From positions 95,301-159,300 of the forward strand of contig JBBSXJ010000004.1 in the NCBI GenBank assembly GCA_038045825.1: DNA of 64,000 nt, given 5' to 3'. This document shows positions 19,577 through 30,144 of this stretch, piece by piece. The position numbers were made by a program, and so were the translations under genes. The notes under the pieces were generated by a model that searched no databases, had not been told where the DNA came from, and saw only the letters and a list, made by a program, of their open reading frames with translations. The number at the start of each line of letters is the position of its first letter. The stretch's first letter is position 1. Source of the stretch: Nanobdellota archaeon (GTDB lineage: Archaea > Nanobdellota > Nanobdellia > Pacearchaeales > GW2011-AR1).

Positions 19577-20341
19577 ATGGATAAAAAAAGAGTTTTGATT
19601 ACTGGATTGACTGGTAAGAGATTGACGAGTATAGGTCCTAGTTTTTTAGAAGAATATAGTTCAAAATATTCTGATAAATATGATTTGACTGTTGGGATAA
19701 ATAAGACTCCTCTTGAAGGATATAAAACTATTAAAATAAATTTATCTGATTTAGATGAGCTGACTAAGATCTTTTCTGATTTTGATATTGTTGTTAATTT
19801 AGCTGGTATTTCTGATGAGAAGAATCCTAACTTTATGGAATTTATTGAACCTAATTTAATTGGAACTTACAATGTGCTTGAAGCTGCTAAACGTGCTGGA
19901 ATTAAACGTGTTATTATGGCAAGTAGCGTTCATTCTATTAGAGGATATCCGTTTGGAATGAATATAGGGATGAATGATGCACCTAAACCTTTGAATTATT
20001 ATGGTGCAACTAAGGCATTTATAGAGGCTATGTGTCACGTTTATTCTAAACATTTGAGCTGTTTTGCTATTCGTATTGGTGCATATATTTCAGATGAAGC
20101 TCTTAAGATTGCTTGTCCTACCAGGAGTAATTTTGATTATATTTTGTCTCAGAGGGACTTTGCTCAGCTTGTTTACAAATGCATTATTGCTTCTGATGAT
20201 TTGAGATATGCTATACTCGCTGGGACTTCAAATAATAAAAATAATTATATGGATTTAGAAGAAACTATGAAGTTGGTTGGGTATGAACCTAGTGACGATG
20301 GATATGAGATGTGTAAGCCTCATATCTTAGACAAAGTTTAA
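19577..20341 (+). CDS. NAD-dependent epimerase/dehydratase family (SDR) protein
   Basis: N-terminal Rossmann ITGLTGKRL…, YxxxK motif YYGATKA. Confidence 0.55.
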   Translation: MDKKRVLITGLTGKRLTSIGPSFLEEYSSKYSDKYDLTVGINKTPLEGYKTIKINLSDLDELTKIFSDFDIVVNLAGISDEKNPNFMEFIEPNLIGTYNVLEAAKRAGIKRVIMASSVHSIRGYPFGMNIGMNDAPKPLNYYGATKAFIEAMCHVYSKHLSCFAIRIGAYISDEALKIACPTRSNFDYILSQRDFAQLVYKCIIASDDLRYAILAGTSNNKNNYMDLEETMKLVGYEPSDDGYEMCKPHILDKV

Positions 20342-20366
20342 ACAAAGTTGACTGATATCAACATGC

Positions 20367-20417
20367 TTAAATCTTGTACCTGAGCAAGATTTAAATACTA
20401 ATTATACAATGTATAAT
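20367..20417. promoter_or_regulatory. two palindromes upstream of vapB-1: ttaaatcttg-N8-caagatttaa (20367..20394) and attatacaatgtataat (20401..20417, 2 nt before ATG)
   Basis: perfect 10-bp IR doubles as hairpin after the epimerase gene stop; second palindrome overlaps promoter/RBS region of the AbrB-type antitoxin gene. Confidence 0.4.
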
Positions 20418-20418
20418 T

Positions 20419-20649
20419 ATGGAAATTATTGAAACTAGATTAAAGAAATGGGGAAATTCTTTTGGAGTAGTTATTCCTGTGGAACTTATTAATAAAGAAA
20501 GGATGAAGGAAAATGAGCATGTTAAAATTATTCTTGTTAAAGACTCTAGAGATGCACTTAGAAAGACATTCGGAATTGGAAAAGGAAGGTTAAAAAAAAC
20601 AGGACAAGAGTTTAAAGATGAAGTTAGGAGAGAGCTTTACAACGATTGA
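20419..20649 (+). CDS. vapB: AbrB/SpoVT-family antitoxin (VapB-like)
   Basis: MEIIETRLKKWGNSFGVVIPVELI swapped-hairpin motif; immediately precedes PIN gene. Confidence 0.6.
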   Translation: MEIIETRLKKWGNSFGVVIPVELINKERMKENEHVKIILVKDSRDALRKTFGIGKGRLKKTGQEFKDEVRRELYND

Positions 20650-21025
20650 ACAAGAACTGTCAAGATGTTTCTTTTTTGATACATATGCTTTTTATGAGAT
20701 AATTAAAGAGAATAAAAGCTACGAACCTTATCTAGATTCAATAATTATAACCACAAAACTTAATATTTTTGAATTATATCATAGATTTCTTAAATATAAT
20801 GATAAAGACTTAGCAGATATTAGTTTTGAAGAATATTATCCCTTTGCTATTGAATTTAATGAAGAAGTTATAAAAGAAGCTGCAAAGCTTAAAGTTCTTT
20901 TAAATAAACGTGATGTTTCGATGACTGATTGTATAGGTTATTGTCTTGCTAAGCAGTTAGGGGTAAAGTTTCTTACAGGAGATGAACAGTTCGAGAAGAT
21001 GGAACATGTAGAATATGTTAAATAA
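20618..21025 (+). CDS. vapC: PIN-domain ribonuclease toxin (VapC-like)
   Basis: acidic PIN residues in FFFDTYAF, MTDCIGY, LTGDEQF; overlaps antitoxin 3' end. Confidence 0.65.
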   Translation: MKLGESFTTIEQELSRCFFFDTYAFYEIIKENKSYEPYLDSIIITTKLNIFELYHRFLKYNDKDLADISFEEYYPFAIEFNEEVIKEAAKLKVLLNKRDVSMTDCIGYCLAKQLGVKFLTGDEQFEKMEHVEYVK

Positions 21026-21059
21026 TTAAAGGAATGTTTAAAAACAAAAAATAATCTCT

Positions 21060-21335
21060 ATGGACATGAATATAACAAAACAATCCAAACCTATTGGAAA
21101 TTTGAAGAAAGGAGATTTTGTTACTGTTAATGGAAAGAAGCTTGAAGTAGATGCTCAATATGTTTTTGAGGATTATAAGACTACAAAGGAGATGTTAATT
21201 GAATTATTTGATTCTAAAACGGATAAAGACTATCAAATAAGATATTTTGATGATCAAGTAAAAGAGACATTGAAGTTTTATGAATTAAAGGAAATAGTTT
21301 ATGATGAAGTTGATGTTGAGAAGATAGAGTGGTAG
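21060..21335 (+). CDS. hypothetical protein
   Basis: 91-aa ORF, no motif. Confidence 0.3.
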   Translation: MDMNITKQSKPIGNLKKGDFVTVNGKKLEVDAQYVFEDYKTTKEMLIELFDSKTDKDYQIRYFDDQVKETLKFYELKEIVYDEVDVEKIEW

Positions 21336-21725
21336 TTATTTTAAAATTTGAGTATTCTTTAAACCTCTGAAATCGTTGTCTTTTGTTATCAATATAGAAT
21401 TTATGGATATTGCCGAAGCATAAATTAAAGAATCTATTGAGGGTATTTTATTCTTATAAGAATTTTCACAAGCATCATCTGCTATTTTATTGTTTATCTC
21501 AATAGAAACTGTTTTTTCTTTAATAAATTTAATTTTTTCTATAACTTGGTCACGAGGAATATTCTTTTGTAATAACTTTAATTTAACTTCAAAAATTATT
21601 AGTGGAGAAGTATATATTATGCTTTCATTCTTATCTATTAATTCTGCATATTTTCCTTCTAATAAATATGATAACCAAACAGATGAGTCTATAAATTTAG
21701 ATTCTTGTACTTTTTCTTCTATCAT
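21336..21725 (-). CDS. vapC: PIN-domain toxin (VapC-like)
   Basis: PIN-like acidic positions (FIDSSVW…, IDSLIYASAI, ITKDNDF). Confidence 0.55.
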   Translation of the reverse strand: MIEEKVQESKFIDSSVWLSYLLEGKYAELIDKNESIIYTSPLIIFEVKLKLLQKNIPRDQVIEKIKFIKEKTVSIEINNKIADDACENSYKNKIPSIDSLIYASAISINSILITKDNDFRGLKNTQILK

Positions 21726-21927
21726 TTTGAACTTCTTTTATAATCTCTTCTGCTTTTTGATTGCCTTTAAGATATTTTCTTAAAGAACCTGCCATTGACT
21801 CCTTAACTTTTGTTCTTTGATTTGCTACTTTAACTATTGCCTCTTCGTAAGAACTTGCCTGTAATTCTTCTTTGAGCTTTTTTAGTAATAAAAGAGTCCT
21901 TTCATTTACTTGTATAGTTGTTACCAT
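21697..21927 (-). CDS. putative antitoxin partner of the downstream PIN toxin
   Basis: 76-aa ORF overlapping PIN gene start by 29 nt; helical/basic. Confidence 0.4.
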   Translation of the reverse strand: MVTTIQVNERTLLLLKKLKEELQASSYEEAIVKVANQRTKVKESMAGSLRKYLKGNQKAEEIIKEVQNDRRKSTRI

Positions 21928-21956
21928 AAAACTATATAACTATAGACTATATAAAT

Positions 21957-22511
21957 TTATTGATTTCTAAAACAATTTACTGAATGATCATTGACTAGGC
22001 CTGCTGCTTGCATAAACGCATAGCATATTGTTGAACCTACGAATTTGAAACCTTTTTCTTTTAAGTCTTTGCTCATACTGTCTGACTCTTTAGTTTTTGA
22101 TTGATAATCTTTGATTGTTTCTATTTTGTTTTTAATGGGTTTGTTATTTACAAAAGACCATATATAATTACTGAAGGATATTGTTTCTTTTAATTTTAAG
22201 AATGCTTTTGCGTTTATTATTGCTGATTCTATTTTCAATTTGTTTCTAATTATTCCTGCGTCTTGCATTAAACGCTCTTTATCTTTTTCTGTGTAATTTG
22301 ATATTTTATTTGCATTGAAGTTGTCAAATGCTTTTATAAAATTCTTTCTTTTGTTTATTATTGTGTTCCAACTTAAACCCGCTTGAAATGCATCAAGAAT
22401 TAGGAATTCGAAGAGTTTATTTTCTTCTTTTAGAGGGCTGCCCCATTCTTCATCATGATATTTAATCATTAAAGGATTATCATTTACCCATGGGCATCTT
22501 TTCTTTTCCAT
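21957..22511 (-). CDS. tag: DNA-3-methyladenine glycosylase I
   Basis: N-terminal CPWVNDNPLMIKYHDEEWG and overall Tag-family sequence. Confidence 0.8.
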   Translation of the reverse strand: MEKKRCPWVNDNPLMIKYHDEEWGSPLKEENKLFEFLILDAFQAGLSWNTIINKRKNFIKAFDNFNANKISNYTEKDKERLMQDAGIIRNKLKIESAIINAKAFLKLKETISFSNYIWSFVNNKPIKNKIETIKDYQSKTKESDSMSKDLKEKGFKFVGSTICYAFMQAAGLVNDHSVNCFRNQ

Positions 22512-22547
22512 GGTAAGATATTTAACGGTGGTTTTTTATTTCTTTCT

Positions 22548-23852
22548 ATGGGTATAGTTGAAGATAAGGTAAGAACATATTTAGATAATATAAAGAAATA
22601 TAACAAAACTATTAATGCTTTTTTAGAAGTTAGAAATGAGAAAGAGCTTCTTGCTGAAGCTAAGGAACTTGATTCTAAGAGTAAAAAAGGAAGGCTTTAT
22701 GGATATGTTATTGGAGTCAAGAGCAATATTTGCGTTAAGGGTCTACATGCTTCTTGCGCTTCTAAGACTCTCGAGGAATATGAGGCTCCATATGATGCTA
22801 CTGTTATTTCTAGAATTAAATCTGAGGATGGCTTGATAATTGGAATGCTTAACTGTGATGAGTTTGCATGTGGTTGGACTGGAGAGACTTCAGCTTTTGG
22901 CAAGACTGATAATCCTGCTGTTCCTGGACATATTTCTGGTGGAAGTAGCTCTGGAAGTGCTGCATCAGTTGCTGCTGGTTTTTGTGATGTTAGTTTGGGG
23001 AGTGATACTGGAGGAAGTATACGTGTTCCTGCTTCATTTTGCGGAGTAGTTGGAGTAAAACCTTCTTATGGATCTGTTTCTAGATATGGGTTAATTGATT
23101 TGTCAATGTCTCTTGATCAGATTGGACCTATTGCAAAAAATGTTAGTGATGCTGCTCTTGTTTTAGATGTCATTAAAGGCAAAGATGAATTTGATAATAG
23201 CACTTTTGAATCTAAACCAATTAAGATTGAAAAAACTGATAAAATGAAATTTGGTTTTGTTAGTGTTCCTGAAGTCGATGTAAGAATAATAAATATGGCT
23301 GGTTCTGTAATGGCAAGGGCTTCTGAAAGATTAAAGTGGTCTGAGAAGAAAGTGACTTTAAAGAATATAGATTTAGCTATACAGACTTATCATCCTCTTG
23401 TTTGGACTGAATTCTTTTCAGCCACTAGGAGAATGGATGGAAGACGTTTTGGTAAGAAAATTGAAGACTCAGCAGGAGATGAAGTTTTGAGAAGACTTGC
23501 TGGAGGTAGTGAAATATCTAAAGCAGAGTTCGAAGGGCAATATTATCATAAGGCTCTTGCAGTTAAGGAATTAATTAAGAAGGAATTTGAAAGAGTTTTG
23601 GGAGATGTTGATTTTATAGTAATGCCTACAACTCCTTTTTTGCCTTGGAAATTTGGAACAAAGGTAAGTCTTGAAAAATTGTATGCAATTGATGCTTTAA
23701 CAATTCCAGGAAATCTTGCAGAAATTTGCGCTATTTCTCTTCCTATTGGTAAAATTGATGGGAAACCTGTTGGAATGCAGATAGCTTGTGCTAAGGGGTA
23801 TGAAAGCAGGATGTTTAGTATTGCTAAAGAGATTGAACTGATTTTATCTTAA
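22548..23852 (+). CDS. gatA: amidotransferase subunit A (amidase signature family)
   Basis: amidase signature GGSSSGSAASVAAG…GSDTGGSIR with catalytic Ser/Lys. Confidence 0.85.
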   Translation: MGIVEDKVRTYLDNIKKYNKTINAFLEVRNEKELLAEAKELDSKSKKGRLYGYVIGVKSNICVKGLHASCASKTLEEYEAPYDATVISRIKSEDGLIIGMLNCDEFACGWTGETSAFGKTDNPAVPGHISGGSSSGSAASVAAGFCDVSLGSDTGGSIRVPASFCGVVGVKPSYGSVSRYGLIDLSMSLDQIGPIAKNVSDAALVLDVIKGKDEFDNSTFESKPIKIEKTDKMKFGFVSVPEVDVRIINMAGSVMARASERLKWSEKKVTLKNIDLAIQTYHPLVWTEFFSATRRMDGRRFGKKIEDSAGDEVLRRLAGGSEISKAEFEGQYYHKALAVKELIKKEFERVLGDVDFIVMPTTPFLPWKFGTKVSLEKLYAIDALTIPGNLAEICAISLPIGKIDGKPVGMQIACAKGYESRMFSIAKEIELILS

Positions 23853-23909
23853 AAATTCTTGAGTATTCTTTACGGCTATGCTTATAAACTGTTTTTGTCT
23901 TTATTTTTG

Positions 23910-26900
23910 ATGAGGTTGAAATATAAATTATTCTTTCTTTTTCTCTTTCTTTTGTTTATTTTTCTATTTAATTTTTTTAAACATCCTCCTACTTTTTCTC
24001 CAGAATCTCTTACAATTCCAGCAGATCTCTTTGTTTTACCTTTGAATTCTTCAGCTTTAAGATTAACTTGGAATGATAATGAAAGTACTTCTATGGGTTT
24101 TATTATTGAAAAAAGATCTTCATTATCAGATCCGTTTTCAATGATCGCATATGTTCCAAATTCAAATTATGCTTTAGAAACCTTTGTAGATAGCAGTCTG
24201 CCTCCTAACTCTTCTTTTGAATATCGTGTAATGTCTATAGAGGGTAATAATTTATCTGATCCTTCAAATATTTTTAGTGCTGCTACTGGGATCAGAGACA
24301 ATAAATTGATTTTTATCCCTAATTTTGGAACTTTAGATTTTTTAAACCTCTTTACAGATTCTCAGTCTTGGCAGTATGTGAAGTCTAATATTGATGGCTT
24401 TGGTTTTTTTAATCACAATCTTAAAACAAATCCTTCTTGCCCTTTTTCGGTTTGCCGCAATGTAAATTATAGTAATCTGGTAAATGTAGATGCTTTTTCT
24501 ATTTTAAAGAATTCTGGAATTAAAGTTTCTATAGAAGTTGATGCTCTTAAATGGCATAGTTGTGTCACTCTGGATCGAACAGTTCCAGTTACTAGGCAGT
24601 TAATTCTAAATATAGAAAATGCAGGAGGAGAGGTAGACTCTTTATTTATGGATCAACCACTTAATGGAGGTCAGGAAACTTTATGCCAAAGTTCAACTGG
24701 TGCTAGAATAGTCAACTCTTGTAGTGAGTGTAGTACTGGAGAGACTTGTAGGACATGTGGATATAATATGCAGCAGTCTGCTTTTCAAACCGCTCAATAT
24801 ATTAAGGCTATAAAAAAATTTAGACCTGAAATAAAAATCGGAGATACAGAACCTTACTCTAAATTTAGTTATAATCAAATCAGAGATTGGACTTTAGCTT
24901 TGAAGGCAGAAAACGTAACTCTTGATTCTTTTAGGTCTGATGTAGGTTCTAGACAAAGTAGTGATATCGTAAATCTTCGTCAAATAAAAGACTTCTTTGT
25001 TCAGCAGAATATACCATATGGGATTATTTACTGGTCTTACGTTCCATCTACTTTCATAGATAATTCGGCAAGAGATAGAGAATTCTTTACTAGGACTTTT
25101 AATTGGGTTAATATGGTGAATAACAATAATTTAGATGGTTCAATACAGAGTTTTGAAAGTTGGGATACCAGTCCTTCTAATTCTCCTTATCCTGGACAGA
25201 CAGTACCTATAAATTTGCCTGAAGTCAGCTCCTCAATTTATAGCCATACTCGTCTAATAATAGAGAGTCTTGGTCTTTTGATAGATAATGATGCGAGATT
25301 TGTAAATCAGCAGGTTCCTCTTAATATCATCGCAGGACATACTTACCAGGTCAATTTAACTTTCTTAAATAATGGTTCTCAACCATGGGAAGAAGATAGG
25401 TTTTATTCTCTTGGATCTGTTAATCCTATAGATAATAATATTTGGGGTTTTGGAAGAGTTATGATGAATGACGAAGAAATAATTTATCCGGGGCAAGAGA
25501 GAAAATTTAGTTTTTTTGTGACTGCTCCTTTGAATACAGGAGTTTATAATTTTCAATGGCAGATGCTTCATGAGCCAGTAGAAAGATTTGGTTCTTTAAG
25601 CGATAATCTCCAAATAAATGTAATGGCTCCAACTTTACCAAACGCGCCTTCTAACTTGCTTGTTACCCCTCTTAGTAATTTTCAATTAAGGATTAATTGG
25701 CAAGACAATAGCAATAATGAAATGAGCTTTAGAATAGAGAGAAGGCAGTTACCAAATGGGAATTTTGCACCTCTTTCTACTGCTTTAAATCTTCCAATTA
25801 ATACTGTTAATTTTACAGATAATGGTTTACCTGCAGGTGCTTCTTTTGAATATAGGGTTTTTGCAGTAAATACAATAGGAAATTCTCCAAGTTCGAATAA
25901 TGCTGGAGGGACTACTTTTCAGAACATTCCTAATACTCCAACTAATTTGATCGCTTCTACTCAATCTTCATCATCTATAAAATTGGATTGGCAGGATAAT
26001 AGTAATGATGAATATAATTTTATTCTCTCTAGGAGATCTATATCTAATGGTAATCCAAATCCTTGGTTTAATATTTCTATTCCTTTTAATCTCAGGACTT
26101 ACATAAATAATAATTTAAATCCTAACGTATTATATGAATTTAGGATTTTAGCAAATAATTCAGGTGGGCAATCTTCATGGTCAAATTCTGCTTTGAATAC
26201 TACTTTTATTTGTGATAGTGGTCAAATGAGACTCTGTCCAAATCAGAATGGTGTTTGTGTTGGCGCACAAGAAACTTGCGCCCAGGGAATGTGGCTGGGC
26301 TGTACTACTTCTAATTATCAATCTCATAGTGCTAATTATCAAGTTTCAGAGACTTCTTGCAATGATGATTTAGATAATGATTGCGATGTTGAATTTGATT
26401 ATGATGGTGCTTTAGCTGTTAAGGGAGACCCTAGTTGTCCTGTTAGAGTTAGTGGAATAAATTCTCCTACTCCTGTTACTGTTTCAAGTCCATTTACTCT
26501 TACTTGTACTTCGACTGCTCCGAATGTTAGGAGTATAAATGGTTTAGTTGATAGTGGGTCTTGTAATTTTGTCAATTGGCAGGGTAGTGATGCTTTGTTT
26601 AGCTGTCAGAGCAATATTGCTGGAAGTACTTTAGCTAGATGTAATGTTAATACTGCTTATTCTTATCAGACGGGAAATAATTTGAATCAATCCATAACTG
26701 TTCAAACAGGAATTTGTTCAGCTATTACTCAGATGGGTGATTGCAATAATAATCTTAATTGTGATTGGTGTGAAGATTGTTTGGGTTCAAGTTTGCAGTT
26801 CTCAAGTGGAGGAGTTGATAGATGTGTTAATACTGGAACTTGTCCATCTGCTCCGTTGCCTAATAGCGTTTATATGTGCAGAGCTACTGGTTCTGTTACT

Positions 26901-28232
26901 TGCGGAGCTCAATGCGACGGAACAATTAACGGATGTAGCTCTTCTCAAGAATGTAACTTGAATACTTGCGGATGCGATGAACTAGATCCTTCAATAAGCA
27001 ATATTGTTGTTGATAATTCTGAATGGAGTTCTAGTAGTCTTGTAACTATTAATGGGCAATACTTTTCAATTAATCCTAAGTCCAGGCTTTTTGTGAATGG
27101 ATTTGAAATTAATTCAAATAGATTAACTGTTACAGAAAGTACTATTAGGTTTACTAAAAATTCTGAAGAGTTTTTCGGAGGACAAAATAGCTTTGTTGTT
27201 ACAAATCCTTCAGGGCTTAACTCAGTTTCTACAATTGTTGCTTTGACAACCAGCCCATTTATTACTTCAATAACTCCTAGTCTTGTTTTGAATGATGAGC
27301 TTAATACTATTTCACTTTTTGGAAGCGGGTTTGATCCTCTTGCACAGGTTTATACTAATGTTGCGGGTTCATTATATAATTTAGGATTGCAGCTTCCTTA
27401 CTCTAATTCAGGAACATTGGCTTTTGTTCTTCCCCCAACATTCCCATTTGCAGGAGATGTTTCAATTTATATTGTTGGAGGAGATGGTACTCAATCTGCA
27501 GTTCAGAATCTTAGAATAAATCATAGGTTTAATTATGCATTAATACTTGCAAATCCCCAGGCATCTGTTAATTCTGGAGATACGATAAGTGATATTATTC
27601 AAGTTGGAAGTGAGTTTTATATGACTCAGGAAGATGTTGCTTTGACTGTTACTGCACCTGTTGGCGTTACTGCGACTATAAATGCAACGTCTTGCACTCC
27701 TATTTATGTTTCTGCTCTTGGATATTCTACTTGTGAAGTTAGTTATAGTGTGGAAACTACAGGATTACCCCCTGGGCAGTATATAGTTATGTTCACTGCT
27801 GATTCTGTTATTAGCAATGTTACTAAACAGATAAATTTAGTTGTTAATATTAATAGTCCTTTTCAGCCTACTGGCTCTAGTTCTGGATCTGGAAGCAGTA
27901 GTGGAACTGGGGGGCCTAGGCCTGTTTTAGTTGTAAAATACCAATGTAATGATGGGCTTGATAATGATAATGATGGTTTTAGTGACTTCGAAGAAGATAT
28001 GGGTTGTTCAACTGAAAATGATAACAGTGAGTTTGATCCTACGGAATTAGTTGAATCTGATATTCCTGTAAATGAAGAAGATCCTTTGAATTTGAAAGGA
28101 GAGGAAAAAGATGTTGAAGTAAGATTGGTGTTCTTACTTACTGTTTCTATCTTGATATTTGCTATATCTATTGTTGTTTTGATGATAATTCGGTCAATTA
28201 TTTTTAGAAGAATTAATATGAAAAGTTTTTAA
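23910..28232 (+). CDS. giant cell-surface protein A (FN3 modules, Cys-rich DNDCD repeats, C-terminal TM anchor). The ORF track starts at a TTG at 23859; the ATG at 23910 gives a MRLKYKLFFLF signal anchor
   Basis: N-terminal hydrophobic anchor; three FN3-like modules (…LRINWQDNSNNEMSFRIERRQLPNG…); C-x-DG-x-DNDCD motifs; C-term CNDGLDNDNDG + acidic linker + TM + basic tail. Confidence 0.7.
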   Translation: MRLKYKLFFLFLFLLFIFLFNFFKHPPTFSPESLTIPADLFVLPLNSSALRLTWNDNESTSMGFIIEKRSSLSDPFSMIAYVPNSNYALETFVDSSLPPNSSFEYRVMSIEGNNLSDPSNIFSAATGIRDNKLIFIPNFGTLDFLNLFTDSQSWQYVKSNIDGFGFFNHNLKTNPSCPFSVCRNVNYSNLVNVDAFSILKNSGIKVSIEVDALKWHSCVTLDRTVPVTRQLILNIENAGGEVDSLFMDQPLNGGQETLCQSSTGARIVNSCSECSTGETCRTCGYNMQQSAFQTAQYIKAIKKFRPEIKIGDTEPYSKFSYNQIRDWTLALKAENVTLDSFRSDVGSRQSSDIVNLRQIKDFFVQQNIPYGIIYWSYVPSTFIDNSARDREFFTRTFNWVNMVNNNNLDGSIQSFESWDTSPSNSPYPGQTVPINLPEVSSSIYSHTRLIIESLGLLIDNDARFVNQQVPLNIIAGHTYQVNLTFLNNGSQPWEEDRFYSLGSVNPIDNNIWGFGRVMMNDEEIIYPGQERKFSFFVTAPLNTGVYNFQWQMLHEPVERFGSLSDNLQINVMAPTLPNAPSNLLVTPLSNFQLRINWQDNSNNEMSFRIERRQLPNGNFAPLSTALNLPINTVNFTDNGLPAGASFEYRVFAVNTIGNSPSSNNAGGTTFQNIPNTPTNLIASTQSSSSIKLDWQDNSNDEYNFILSRRSISNGNPNPWFNISIPFNLRTYINNNLNPNVLYEFRILANNSGGQSSWSNSALNTTFICDSGQMRLCPNQNGVCVGAQETCAQGMWLGCTTSNYQSHSANYQVSETSCNDDLDNDCDVEFDYDGALAVKGDPSCPVRVSGINSPTPVTVSSPFTLTCTSTAPNVRSINGLVDSGSCNFVNWQGSDALFSCQSNIAGSTLARCNVNTAYSYQTGNNLNQSITVQTGICSAITQMGDCNNNLNCDWCEDCLGSSLQFSSGGVDRCVNTGTCPSAPLPNSVYMCRATGSVTCGAQCDGTINGCSSSQECNLNTCGCDELDPSISNIVVDNSEWSSSSLVTINGQYFSINPKSRLFVNGFEINSNRLTVTESTIRFTKNSEEFFGGQNSFVVTNPSGLNSVSTIVALTTSPFITSITPSLVLNDELNTISLFGSGFDPLAQVYTNVAGSLYNLGLQLPYSNSGTLAFVLPPTFPFAGDVSIYIVGGDGTQSAVQNLRINHRFNYALILANPQASVNSGDTISDIIQVGSEFYMTQEDVALTVTAPVGVTATINATSCTPIYVSALGYSTCEVSYSVETTGLPPGQYIVMFTADSVISNVTKQINLVVNINSPFQPTGSSSGSGSSSGTGGPRPVLVVKYQCNDGLDNDNDGFSDFEEDMGCSTENDNSEFDPTELVESDIPVNEEDPLNLKGEEKDVEVRLVFLLTVSILIFAISIVVLMIIRSIIFRRINMKSF

Positions 28233-28323
28233 CTTAGTCTGATGACTATTTTTGACTTTTATTTGAAAGTTTACAGCTTACTTATTCAGATAAAATTAAA
28301 AACTTTTCATTTATAATCATATT

Positions 28324-28989
28324 ATGGATATTGGATCTGCTCAAATTGATTTCTTAGGACATTCTGGTTTCATTTTGAGGTTTAGGGGTAAGATAATTGC
28401 TGTTGATCCTTACAGAATATCAGATAATATTCCTAAAGCTGATGTTGTTTTAATTAGCCATAGTCATAATGATCATTGTAGCATAAGAGATATTCAAAAG
28501 ATTTCTAAAAATGGAACTGTTGTTTTATGTCCTGTTGATTGTCAGAGCGCTTTGATGAAAGTAAAGAATGTTGATATTAATATTGTCGAAAAGAAAGATA
28601 TTCTTGACTTTAGAAGTTTTAAAATTGAATGTGTTTCTGCTTACACTAACAATAAACATCATCATCAAAATGAGGGGTGGTTAGGTTATTTGATTAAATT
28701 TGGAAATAATGTGGTTTACTTTGCTAGTGATACTGATTTGACTTCTGAATTGAAGACTCTTAGTGGATATGGTAAGAAGGGAAATAATTTTGTCGCTGTT
28801 TTGCCTGTTTCTGGAACAGTTGCAATGGATGCTATTGTTGCTGCACAAACTGCTAAAATTTTAAACTCTACTCTTGCTATCCCTCATGGATACGGTGCTG
28901 GAGTTTATGGAACAATAGAAGATGCTAAGAAATTTGTTGAGCTTTGTGGGCAGAATGGGATTAAAGCATTGATTTTAGATAAGATATAA
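28324..28989 (+). CDS. MBL-fold metal-dependent hydrolase
   Basis: FLGHSGFIL…VDPY and HSHNDH metal-binding motifs. Confidence 0.7.
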   Translation: MDIGSAQIDFLGHSGFILRFRGKIIAVDPYRISDNIPKADVVLISHSHNDHCSIRDIQKISKNGTVVLCPVDCQSALMKVKNVDINIVEKKDILDFRSFKIECVSAYTNNKHHHQNEGWLGYLIKFGNNVVYFASDTDLTSELKTLSGYGKKGNNFVAVLPVSGTVAMDAIVAAQTAKILNSTLAIPHGYGAGVYGTIEDAKKFVELCGQNGIKALILDKI

Positions 28990-29027
28990 ATGGATACTCT
29001 TAAAAAGGAAGTTTTTGACTTTTTATA

Positions 29028-30011
29028 ATGAATAATGAAGATGTTGCAAGAAAGAATCTACTTCGTGATAGCTTTGAGCCTGAAGGATTGAGTGTTAGGG
29101 GACCCGATTTTAATTTAGGAGTTAATTACAAGAGTATAATTGATTCTTTTGCTACGAGTGGATTTCAAGCCACTCATTTGAGTAAGGCTATTGAAATAAC
29201 TAATAATATGGTTGATGATGAAGCATTTGTTTTCTTAGGGTACACTTCAAATATGGTTTCTTCCGGACTGCGTGATGTAATTAGCTATCTTGTACAAAAT
29301 AAAAAAGTAAATGTTTTAGTTACAACTTGTGGAGGGATTGAAGAAGATATAATCAAATGTTTGGGAAGTTTCAAACTCGGAGAATTTAATGCTGATGGTG
29401 CTCACTTGAGAGAAAAAGGAATTAATAGAATTGGAAATATTTTTGTTCCTAATTCTAGATATGTTATGTTTGAAAAGTTTGTTCAGCCTATTCTTGAAGG
29501 ACTTTACCAAGAATCTAAGAAGACTGGAAAAGCAGTTACAGGAAACGAACTAATTTGGAAACTTGGAGAAAAAATTAAAGATGAAAATAGCATTTATTAC
29601 TGGGCCTGGAAAAATCAGATACCTGTTTATTGTCCTGCATTGCTGGATGGAGCACTTGGAGATAATATTTATTTCTTTAAATTTAAGAGACCAGAGTTTA
29701 CTATTGACTGCACTGAGGATGTTGTTTGGTTCAACAATACTACTATTGGTTTAAAGAAATCTGGTGCTATTATTTTGGGAGCTGGAGTTGTTAAACATGC
29801 AATACTAAATGCGAATATGTTGCGTAATGGCCTAGATTATTGTGTTTATATTAATACTAGCCAAGAATTTGATGGTTCTGATTCTGGTGCTTTGCCTTCT
29901 GAGGCAATTTCATGGGGAAAGATATTACCTGATGCACAAAGTGTAAAGGTTTTTGCTGATGCAACTATTGTTTTTCCGATCTTAGTTGCCGAAAGTTTTG
30001 CTAAAAATTAG
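29028..30011 (+). CDS. dys: deoxyhypusine synthase
   Basis: DHS-family sequence along the whole 327 aa (…GPDFNLG…, …AGVVKHAILNANMLRNGLDYCVYINT…). Confidence 0.75.
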   Translation: MNNEDVARKNLLRDSFEPEGLSVRGPDFNLGVNYKSIIDSFATSGFQATHLSKAIEITNNMVDDEAFVFLGYTSNMVSSGLRDVISYLVQNKKVNVLVTTCGGIEEDIIKCLGSFKLGEFNADGAHLREKGINRIGNIFVPNSRYVMFEKFVQPILEGLYQESKKTGKAVTGNELIWKLGEKIKDENSIYYWAWKNQIPVYCPALLDGALGDNIYFFKFKRPEFTIDCTEDVVWFNNTTIGLKKSGAIILGAGVVKHAILNANMLRNGLDYCVYINTSQEFDGSDSGALPSEAISWGKILPDAQSVKVFADATIVFPILVAESFAKN

Positions 30012-30144
30012 ATTTTAATTTGAAGAATAAGTTTAATAATCCTGTAAAAGTTGCTTCAAGTTCAAAGAATTTCAGCATAGATATAGTCGGCAGTTAGATT
30101 TGATTTATAATAAACCTTATAAATCATCTTATTCTTTTTTCTTT

